Assembly (NCBI RefSeq): GCF_964204645.1
Contig: NC_134030.1
Coordinates: 22,342,210-22,406,209 of the forward strand
DNA from: Tubulanus polymorphus
Taxonomy: Eukaryota; Animalia; Nemertea
Length of the DNA stretch: 64,000 nucleotides
Reading direction: 5' to 3'
The notes below the pieces were generated by a model. That model was not told the DNA's origin and did not search any database. It saw nothing but the letters and a program-made list of their open reading frames with translations. The translations under genes and the position numbers were made by a program. Shown here in pieces: positions 37,771-48,172 of this stretch (position 1 is the first letter of the stretch; the number at the start of each line of letters is the position of its first letter).

Positions 37771-37967
37771 AGCCCGCCGCAGACGGCAAAACATTTGTTT
37801 CGCCGAAACAGAAAACACGTTTTTCAGAAAACATTTTTTGCCCGTGAAAAACGTTTTTCAGTTCGGCGTTTTTTGTTTTGCCTCCCCCGCACACGGCATA
37901 ACAAAAAACATCGAAAACGTTTTTTCACGAGGAAAAAACGTTTTTTCGGTGCCGTGTGCGTTGGGCT
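37771..37967. mobile_element. PIF/Harbinger-type MITE
   Basis: Imperfect TIR agcccgccgcagacggca / tgccgtgtgcgttgggct; TTA on both flanks. Confidence 0.75.
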
Positions 37968-38949
37968 TTACACGACCAGCCGCAACAACAGCGTTCACAC
38001 TACGCGTTTCATAGCAATAACATGAAGTAACTCAGCATTTTGCTTGTTTGAATATATTTATCATATTTATATCGTATTTTTATTTCGAAGATTTGACATC
38101 AGTTATAAATTACATGTTAAATGGAAAGGCGCATAAACCAAATCGTTGTTTCTTATTTGAAGTGATCTAATTCATTCGAATCTTCCTTAAAAATTTAATG
38201 GCTTAGTTCCTCTCATACCATTTGGTCAGCACTTGGGTATACATTATTTTAAGTTATTAATATCTCAATCGGCCATGGTAAGCCCTATCTAGGATAAAAA
38301 ATTGAAAAATCAATCAATAATCGATGTTAATTCCTATTTGTGTGGGTCATTCATGCTCTCTATCAGCTCTACCACTGGCTGACAATGTTACTAGAGTGCT
38401 TAGATATTGGATGTAATTCTGAATATTCCTGACCCTTGTTTTGGCTTGGCGCTCACTCTGCATGGAGATTGCCCTCTTTATCTCTATGCATTTTCATTTG
38501 TTTGTCAAAACCAGCCCCTGGATCCGACTCTGTTTTCAAGTAATTGATGCCGACTATTTAATCGGAGCCGTGATTTACATCCTGCTTCGATCGGCGGATC
38601 AAGCTGATGTCATCTTAAGGTCGGTTACAGTTTCTAACGACCTGCATGTTCTTTTTTTCATTCAAAGTAAATCAAAGTAACAGATACAATTTACAGAGAC
38701 CTAGCAAAGCCAGAAAGGCCACTTAACGCTAGCACCCATACAAAAAACGGCGCAAAAATAACAAAACTATATTCAAATTAAACAAAGAGATTTGACAATA
38801 TGACTCTACAGCAGAATGCTGTGTATTGGGTATAAAAAAGATGCCACAGATTGATACATGTAATTATAAATTAACGGATCGCAGTTTTTAATCCACAAGA
38901 GTCTGAAAAAAGTTCAATATCATTGCTGAATTCAATTCCGCTTCAAAAT

Positions 38950-41900
38950 TTATGTATGAGTGGTGTCTTTCTTCGAACTTGCCGCCTTCCCGGCTTCCAT
39001 ATCGATGCCACGAGTTGTATCTTTGCCCTTTCCGGCTTCCATATCCATATAAGGAGTTGTATCCTTGCCCTTTCCGGCTTTCATATCCATATAAGGAGTT
39101 GTATCTTTTCCCTTTCCAGCTTCCATATCCATATAAGGAGTTGTATCCTTGCCCTTTCCGGCTTCCATGTCCATAAAAGGAGTTGTATCTTTTCCCTTTC
39201 CGGCTTTCATATCCATATAAGGAGTTGTATCTTTTCCCTTTCCAGCTTCCATATCCATATAAGGAGTTGTATCCTTGCCCTTTCCGGCTTCCATATCTAT
39301 ATAAGGAGTTGTATTCTTGCCCTTTCCGGCTTCCATATCCATATAAGGAGTTGTATCCTTGCCCTTTCCGGCTTCCATATCTATATAAGGAGTTGTATCC
39401 TTGTATATTCCGGCTTTCATATCCATATAAGGAGTTGTATCTTTGCCCTTTCCGGCTTCCATATCCGTGTGAGTTTTATCTTTGCCTATAATCGCGCTTT
39501 CCGTGCTCATGTACGTATCCTCGTCTATACCGGGTCCCATATCCATATAAGGAGCTTTACATTCAACAGTAGCATACGAATAAAGTTGATCATCATCTTC
39601 TACATATGCATCGGTATCTGCCACCAACTGAAGATACGTCCTCTTCAAAGCTTCAGGATTCATGTACTGATCTGTATCTGAGTCTCCCACAGCGCCAGTA
39701 GTTGTCACGTCTATCGCGCCTTCAGTACTCCTGTACGTGTCCTCTTCTATTCCAGGTCCCATATCCATATAAGGAGTTGTATCGTTGCCTATTGCACCTT
39801 CAGTACTTCTATATGTTTCTTCGTCTATATCAATGTAAGAAGCCATATATTTGCTCCTCCCGGCTTCCATATCTATGTAAGGAGTTGTATCTTTGCCCTT
39901 TTCGGCTCTCATGGCTTTATGAGTTTGTATGTTATGTTGTAGTAATCCAGTTTCAGTATTTCTCACAGGTTTTCGGTTTAGAACATTGTCGGGATTTCTG
40001 CAATCATCCGGATCTTCGTAGATGTACAATTCTTCATTTCTTGATTCAAGCTGTAGAGGTCGAGTTGAAGTCTCCACATGACCTTCATCGGGCGAACGAC
40101 GTCTGCATCTGAAAGTTGTAATGCAGCATAGGAATTTTTGTCAAAGATGCAATCTATCGTCTATGGTGGTTGATTCGGGCCATGCTAAAAACATTTTCTG
40201 TAGAAACGTAGAAAAATTTTCACATCGGCCCGTTTTTTGGTTTTCTCGCGCGAAAATTCAAAACATTTGGTTTTCTCGCGCGAGAATTCAAAACATTTGG
40301 TTTCAGTTCACAGTTCGAACTGTTTTACGGTCGACTTCATACCTGCGAATGATGACAATGATGCGAATGATGCCAACAGTGATGAGAACGATCAAAATGA
40401 ATCCAGTCGCTCCGCAGGAGAAGTAGAGAATGGTCCGATCAGTTATGGTCTGGTCAGTTGTGGTCTGGTCAGTCGTGGATCGGTCTTTAGTGGTCCGCTG
40501 ATTGGGGTCTTTTGTAGTCTGAAAGTTGTAAGAATAATGAAAAGGCTATCATGAAACACCGTTAAATTAGATTTTTTAGTGACCGTTTATTCGAAAAGAA
40601 ACTGACATTTGCCATCAAAAATAATCAATCTATTATCATATCGATTATGAACCCATCTCCACAGTTGTGTTGGTTAAATTTGACTCTAAATCCAGTTCTA
40701 CAGCTGTGGTAGTTTAATTTGACTGTGGATCCAGTTCCACAGTTGTGTGGGCTTAATTTGACTAAGGCTTGAAAGGCAGCAGATACTCACCTTCGGTAGA
40801 TCAGTAGTTGAATGACCTGAAACAAAAAATGACTAACCGAGTGAGAAAAATCATCTCATGCATAAAGCCTGGTTCCCGAGTGTAGTGGGAAAGCGTTCGT
40901 GAAAACGCTGAAAAATTGGACCCGATCTGCTGGAAAAGGCAACTCGCACGATCATGAAAATGTTATCCGCAGTAGTTTCCAGCCTTGCCACAAAGCGCTC
41001 GTGAAAACGGAGTCCATTTTCAGCTATTGCTGAGATAGAAAAACTTTATCGTTGAAAATGGTTTTAATTACTTTTTTTTCATTTCTCTAGTACTTTCTGT
41101 TAACCTTTTGTATTCCTCGTGGTAATTATTATTTAGGGCTTTCTGACCACCGTCAGGAAAATGAAAGAAAACGATGGTAAACCAAATCCGGTCATCAAGA
41201 AATCATCAAGAATCCGTCCACTGCTGGCCATTTGATGAGCTAGCCAGCGCGTTCGCAAATTCTACTAAACGAACCTCTGTACAATGCGCGAAACCATCAC
41301 CAACAACTTCTAAGAATGAACCGGAAGCGAGAAATTGGAGTCTTATCAGAATCCGGTTTGAAACACGACTATAGGTTCTTGATGAATTCCAGATCATGCC
41401 GACTAAATCTGAATCTCTGCCGCTATTGGTCATCAGTGAATTCGTCGAAATTATGTCTAAAATGTCTTTCGTTTTGAAAATTTGGAAAAATACGTCGTCC
41501 GCCATTTTGTTGATTTAAAATGAGATAAACAACTTTGGACCGTTTAACTATAACGGTCGTTTAAGCGATTTAACCGACCGTTACATCTTTGAGCAACCGC
41601 AAATAACGACAGTTTAATTTTTTGACGCCTTATAAAACGTTACCATTATGAAACCTAAACATTGTTAACCATTCAGCGTCATTTCACAATCGACAACCGT
41701 TAATCGAAACGTCACAGGTCTATGTGTACACATACAAGCTATTTGGCAAAATATTATTGACAAAGATGTAGAATGGCTCCCTGTGATTATACAATGACCT
41801 CTATTTGAACGTCGAAATGTTATATTGCATTGAATATCATTAGAAGACGTATTGTAATAGTAAAGGATGAAGTAAATTGGATTATTCGGTTAAATGACCG

Positions 41901-44188
41901 ATGTATACACGGTGCGGAAGTCTGATATAAAAGTAAGAACCTAAATGGAGATGCTGGTGGAATGACGAAGCTATCTACGATCTGTGTAGGGCCGGCGTGA
42001 ATTTCATCGGCGGCTACAAGTGGTCAATATAAAAACGTGTAAATATTTAATTTCAATATTCAAATGTTTAAGAAAATATGTTCGATATTCGGGGTATCCA
42101 GGTTTCATGAGATTAGCAATTTATAATAGCATAGCTGCCATATACGGCTCCGCGTCCTCTGATGGCATGTGTTATTAGGTGACAATTCAATTCTTTATTG
42201 ATCCTTATTACATATAAAATTCCAAAATTCATTAAAGTTACAAATTTTAAAATAAGAAAATACAACATACGAAACGCATGCGTAATTCATACAGAATAAC
42301 ATAAACAAGTTTTTTTTTAAATGACATTGTCTACTTGAACCCAAGTAATAGGGATAATAGGGGTTCAAGCCAAAGGTCGAACGGTCGAACGGTCGAAAAA
42401 TGAAAAAATAAATTCTCGCACACTCGAATTTATTTTTCATTTTTTACTCACTCACCCCTTCAACCTTTAACCTGAACCCCTATCATCCCTATTACTCTTA
42501 AAATATTCATATATATGTATAACATATAAATGAATAATTTCTAAAATCAATTTTAATAAAAAATTTGATATTAAAATGGAAGCAAATAAGTACTACTGTC
42601 CAACATGTAAAATCAATATAGATATATCCCAAAAAGCAAGACACAATAAAACTAGAACACATTTAGATAGACATAGTTGTGAATATTTATATTTATATGT
42701 GTTAAATTCTTATTTTCAATATAAAAAGTAACGAGTAATTAACGAGTGAAATAATTCATATTTAAAACAGTGAATATTTATATTTATATGCGTTAAATTC
42801 TTATTTTATGTTTAAAAGTAACGAGTAATTAACGAGTTGATGAAAATATCAATTTTAATAACAAAATTACTTATAAATATGAATGAACAGATACTACATT
42901 TCAAAGATATCGATTTAAATGAATTAGAAAAATATTTTACAATTAAAAATTTCATTCCTATTAAAGATTTGATTAAAACTGCGCGTCTTCGTTTTCAAGT
43001 GAAAAATATTACTGAATTAGTGTTTAAAAATCATTATCTAATAATAGAGTTATCGAATGATAAAGATAAAATCTTATTCAATACAATAATTCCAAAATTC
43101 ACAACATTTGATGGAATAGATAAACATTTAATAATTACAGATGAAATGCAATCACTTTTTAATGATGAAAGTACATTATTAAATCATAAAACATTATTTT
43201 TACACTTACGTTATTGCCCATTCAGAGAATGCTATGTTATGTTTTTCAGATTACAAGAAAAGAGATTCATCCCCGACATTCCAAATGAAAAATCATTTAA
43301 AGACATTAGTATTCAATGTGATTTAGATAATGAAAAATCATATAAAGATGTTGGGATTCAATGTAACTTAGACAATAAAATTGATAAAACACCAGATATT
43401 AGACATTTTATCAGCGCACTTTCAACAACTGATCGTCCACACTTCACATGTGTTCAGTTCGTCATCTAAGACAGTTTTTATTGAAAATGAACTTAACAAA
43501 CACCAGACATTAGATATTTATCAGCATACTATCAAAAACTGATCTTCCATGCCTCACAAGTGTTCACTTGAGACATTTTTATTTGAAAATGAACTACAAA
43601 CACCAGACACCTGATGATAAACACACGATTAATTATAATTTTTCTCGCTTTTTAGGAAGAAATAAACTATTACTTACCGGTATTATGAAATACAATCATA
43701 TCAAACTGAATCGGTTTCGGATTTTTAGGGTTATCCTTTGCAAGACATCTAAATGATGATCCATCGTGAAGTTTGAAATCAGCTTTGAATTTTAGCTCAG
43801 CTTCAGCGAGTCTATTCGCGTTCCTTCTTTGTATATGACCACGAACCGGACCCCATGATTCAGAACCTCGACTCTTCTGTTGAAATATCAACGTACGCTT
43901 TGACCCTTCAAACGGTAGTATGCATTTATAAACTATCTCGTCTCCTTGGGTTTTCCTGTCAGGCCGACCTGCTGGGACTGGGTAAGGTCTAATCAGGAAA
44001 TCGCCTGAAACGAATGGATGTCAAGTGTCACGATTGCAAGCGCAAACAATATGAAAAAAATTCATTCTTGATGATTTCAGTAACTTACCCCCATCTCTCC
44101 TCATTCGAGACAATTCTGTACTGTGTATGTTTCCCAGTTGTAGTAAAACTACGACGCACATTAGTACGAAACAGTTCTTCAACATCAT
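38950..44188 (-). CDS. Gene B: single-Ig type-I transmembrane receptor with a tandem YxxM cytoplasmic tail (595 aa)
   Basis: Exons: 44089-44188 (MMLKNCFVLMCVVVLLQLGNIHSTELSRMRRDG, signal peptide plus RMRR), 43678-44004 (Ig: EIVYKC...FKADFKLHDGSSFRC), 40791-40816, 40343-40518 (Thr-rich stalk and TM ILYFSCGATGFILIVLITVGII), 38950-40108 (cytoplasmic tail). GT-AG introns, phases 1,1,0,2 join without stops, total 1788 nt. Confidence 0.85.
38985..39490 (-). repeat. 42-bp coding minisatellite encoding (E/K)AGKGKDTTPY(M/I)DM
   Basis: About 12 near-identical 42-bp units, in frame within the last exon of gene B. Confidence 0.95.
41206..41505 (-). mobile_element. Harbinger (HARBI1-like) transposase N-terminal relic in a gene B intron
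   Basis: ILIRLQFLASGSFLEVVGDGF resembles the L.F.A(T/S)GSF..V.GD helix-turn-helix motif of Harbinger transposases. Internally deleted. Confidence 0.6.
42345..42495. repeat. Inverted repeat / small MITE
   Basis: gtaatagggataataggggttca / tgaacccctatcatccctattac. Confidence 0.65.
42576..43469 (+). mobile_element. AT-rich intronless two-ORF insert (Maverick/Polinton- or DNA-virus-like relic) in a gene B intron
   Basis: ORF1 42576-42731 MEANKYYCPTCKINIDISQKARHNKTRTH (C2H2-type finger). ORF2 about 42879-43469 with a duplicated K(S)(F/Y)KD(I/V)(S/G)IQC motif. Both are preceded by the same aaaat(a)tcaattttaataa motif. Confidence 0.45.
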
Positions 44189-44801
44189 TCTCAGGATTCT
44201 GATCTAAAAACCTTCCAGTAAAACTATTCACACAAATTAGGACCAGTTTCTTCCCGTTTTATTGTTTAATGAATTAAATGATGTTTTCTCTTCATTCGAG
44301 ACATTTCTGTAAAGTAAACGACGCTCATGAGCGTGAACCAGTTCCTCGCCTTTCTCTAAGTCACACCGAATATAACTGACAGTATCTATGAAAATCGAGT
44401 CCCGCATCATCCTGATTGATGCGGAAGATTTGAACAGTCATCGATCGATAAAACTTCACTAAGTAAATAAAATGCACATTATTTGTTCAGGCAAAAATGA
44501 GTTCTAACATTATTTTACAGATAGACGGATTTCTACGTGGATTGGGGTACCCGTGGCCTGCGCAAGAAATTGACGAGAAATGAAATATCGAGACTGTGAA
44601 GAAATACGGAAAGTTCAAAATTTAAATTGAAGCATGTCAAAATCCTTAATTGTGATCAAGTTTGATATTGTAAAACGTGTTGTAGCATGAAATATGGGAT
44701 GTATGTATTGACTAAAAAGACAAAAACTATCCACTATCTACAGATTAAAAGAATTTAAAATCAAGAATTTATTTATTCGAACAATCTAAAATATATAATA
44801 A

Positions 44802-44843
44802 ACACGACGTTTCGATCTCACCCTAGAGATCATCGTCAGGTGT
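44802..44843 (-). ncRNA. Minimal type-I hammerhead ribozyme (Penelope/retrozyme type)
   Basis: Minus strand reads ACAC-CTGACGA-T-GATCTC-tagggt-GAGATC-GAAA-CG-TC-GTGT: perfect stems I and II and a GUC cleavage triplet. It sits in the loop of an about 45-bp inverted repeat (44731-44776 / 44860-44905). Confidence 0.8.
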
Positions 44844-45144
44844 GATATAAATGTATATTATAAATAAATTCTTGATTTTAAATTCTTTTAATCTGTAGAT
44901 AGTGGGTTTATATCTTATTATCCGTTCACCACGTTTGAGTGTGATTATCGTACTACTATGTATTGACTGTTTGTTGTATTTTTCAACATCGGACGATGAC
45001 ATCCCAGTCGTGGGTTCGAATGAAAAAGTGCTATGATAACCCCCCGGTTCGGGTAGAGCTGGTCCTACAAAACTCTTTTAGCTCCATGCAGTCATCAACT
45101 TGTGTAATTTACTACTGGTTACCGTAAATTTAAAAACATTTCAG

Positions 45145-45306
45145 TTATGCGCCGTATTTTTGGTCGAGATACCGAACCAGGTTGCCGCTTGGCTGGCCGT
45201 TCTTTTCTTACCAATGAACTCAACTCTGAACCCACTTCTTAACACCATTCTAGCTATTGAAATTCATACGAGCTCGAAATATACACAGAAAACGATAGGA
45301 CAATGA
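45145..45306 (+). pseudogene. Orphan terminal exon of an LGR/GRL101/RXFP-like class A GPCR (ECL3-TM7-tail)
   Basis: After a tttcag acceptor: VEIPNQVAAWLAVLFLPMNSTLNPLLNTI, matching the TM7 pattern W.AVF.LP.NS.LNP.LYT. The NPxxY Tyr is replaced by Asn. No upstream TM exons found. Confidence 0.6.
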
Positions 45307-45894
45307 AGCAAGTAGGTGAAACTTTCAAAATCGTTATCACCAATAAATCAACCTTTTCGTTTATTTAGAAATTCAAAACCAGGAAGATTTATGTGACATT
45401 CATACGTAGCTTCAGGTCCACATTTTCACAACATCAAAATCGATACCAAATTTTCAGGATTTGAAAATATGCTTTAAATTAGATCGATAATTAGATCTTG
45501 TTATCTTTTTGACCTATAACCGTAGTTTAACGTGAAATTAGGAACGTTTTAGAAGGTATGAATATCATGCGCGGTATTTGAACTACCGTGACCGGTGAGA
45601 TATCGGGAACTTGGATAACCTGTCGCCGCGCGGGGACTGGTTCCTTCGCCTAGCTGTCATGTGCTGTGGAGGCAACAGGTAACAGAAATAAAGCTGTAGC
45701 AAACAAACGTTTAGTTTAATGTGTAGAATATATAAACTTGTATTCCCCACGTATAAATCTGTTATCCATTGTAAAAAGATTACGCAATTATAACTGCATG
45801 CAATTATTTTAAACTGTAATAGAGTTGCGCAATAAATATGTATAGTCTACACTTTTGGTATTGTATCAATACACGCATTTGAAAAGTCACAATC

Positions 45895-47028
45895 GAGTTT
45901 TCCACCCAGAGACAGCCCTGAACATTCTCTGTCTAAGCCACAATCAGACACGACCACCCCGAGACAGCCCTAAACATCCTCCTGTCAAAGCCATAATCAA
46001 TCTTTCCACCCAGAGACAGCCCTGAACATCCTCTGTCAAAGCCACAATCAGACTCCACCCTGGGACTGCCCTGAACATCCTCTGTCAAAGCCACAATCAG
46101 ACTCCACCCTGGGACTGCCCTGAACATCCTCTGTCAAAGCCACAATCAGACTCCACCCTGGGACTGCCCTGAACATCCTCTGTCAAAGCCACAATCAGAC
46201 TCCACCCTGGGACTGCCCTGAACATCCTCTGTCAAAGCCACAATCAGACTCCACCCTGGGACTACCCTGAACATCCTCTGTCAAAGCCACAATCAGACTC
46301 CACCCTGGGACTGCCCTGAACATCCTCTGTCAAAGCCACAATCAGACTCCACCCTGGGACTGCCCTGAACATCCTCCTGTCAAAGCCACAATCAATCTTT
46401 CCACCCAGAGACAGCCCTGAACATCCTCTGTCAAAGCCACAATCAGAATCCACCCTGGGACTGCCCTGAACATCCTCTGTCAAAGCCACAATCATACTCC
46501 ACCCTGGGACTGCCCTGAACATCCTCTGTCAAAGCCACAATCAGACTCCACCCTGGGACTGCCCTGAACATCCTCTGTCAAAGCCACAATCAGACTCCAC
46601 CCTGGGACTGCCCTGAACATCCTCCTGTCAAAGCCACAATCAATCTTTCCACCCAGAGACAGCCCTGAACATCCTCTGTCAAAGCCACAATCAGAATCCA
46701 CCCTGGGACTGCCCTGAACATCCTCTGTCAAAGCCACAATCAGACTCCACCCTGGGACTGCCCTGAACATCCTCCTGTCAAAGCCACAATCAATCTTTCC
46801 ACCCAGAGACAGCCCTGAACATCCTCTGTCAAAGCCACAATCAGAATCCACCCTGGGACTGCCCTGAACATCCTCTGTCAAAGCCACAATCATACTCCAC
46901 CCTGGGACTGCCCTGAACATCCTCCTGTCAAAGCCACAATCAATCTTTCCACCCAGAGACAGCCCTGAACATCCTCTGTCAAAGCCACAATCAGACTCCA
47001 CCCTGGGACTGCCCTGAACATCCTCTGT
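45895..47028. repeat. 49-bp minisatellite with a 52-bp variant, forming 150-bp higher-order repeats
   Basis: Unit cctgaacatcctctgtcaaagccacaatcagactccaccctgggactgc; 50-aa periodicity in spurious ORF 46492-47061. Confidence 0.95.
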
Positions 47029-47563
47029 CGAACATGACTCATTATAACAAACTAAATTCAAAGATGTTCATTTTTTTAATAAATACAGATTTTATTTCGA
47101 AATGCTTCATATTAATCAAACATAAATCCCCCAGCAGGGGGCGCTCATAGTCACACAGTTATTAAGCAACCATTGAGGAAAGAGGCAACAATGAATTAAT
47201 TGCAATCATTTATATACGAGTGTTTGTGATGCATACAGGCACATGTGATACATGTACATGTATAAACATGCACATGTTATTACACATGCACATGTTTCTA
47301 CAGGTACATGTGCGCATATCTTTTTCCCGACTAAAAATGAAACTGATATGAAATGCACTCTGGTTTAATAATTATTAATAAATTAATATCAATCTTAAAC
47401 TAAATATTCTTTCAACTAGTTACATTTTATTTGGACCTGATTTACATAATCAGTAAGCTCGATCTTAGCTCATTTAGGTCTAAGGCTACAGAAATGATAC
47501 TTTTCAGATTTTTATTTCTGCAAAGTTTAAAAGTTGACCCACCGGCCGCCTATCTACCATATC

Positions 47564-47734
47564 TAGGGATCATTCATTTATTACGTACGCATAAAATTTG
47601 AATTTTTCAACCCCCTCCCCCCTCTGTAAGCAAAATCGGCCATTTTTTCATATACATTAAGCATTACAGTACGCAATCGCACTGACCCCCTCCCCCCTCC
47701 CCTAATGCTTATGTAATAAATGAATGATTCCCTA
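47564..47734. mobile_element. MITE
   Basis: TIR tagggatcattcatttattacgta / tatgtaataaatgaatgattcccta. Confidence 0.75.
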
Positions 47735-48172
47735 TAGAAATGAACTGATTACAAATTTTTTTGTGAATTCACAAAAATGGCCGCTGAGGAGAAACAATGT
47801 ATCATCTTTTTAGCCTATTCTGATCTACCGGGGTTTGTGTAATCTGAATACCAGACGTTGTTACAATCCCCTACAAAGTGGTTTGGGGAACAACGGCTTG
47901 ATACTAGAATAATCTGATGTGAGAAGAGGCAGAGCCGAAAAGGAATACAATCATTCTAATAAAAAGAAAGCACATTTTTCTGCAGCACAAGGTTTTAAGG
48001 TTCCATCAGTTCCGCATCGGTGAAATACAATTCGTAACGTCGATGCCGATTTTTACGAAAATGTTCGCCAAAAACTTGTCTCATTTTCGCGTCACAAATT
48101 ATTCACAAATTGCACGATGATAAAGTGAAAAAAAAAACGACAGAATTTCATCCGTCATCCGTCGTTTTTTTT

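Noticed and set aside
40343-40430. Arg inside gene B's hydrophobic stretch as a DAP12/FcR-gamma-type pairing residue
   Set aside because: A full 22-residue TM fits before the Arg, and the following IIVIIR looks like a local ATCATT(CGC) duplication. Not supportable.
45933-47061. Repetitive ORFs MFRAVPGWS...
   Set aside because: Products of the 49-bp minisatellite.
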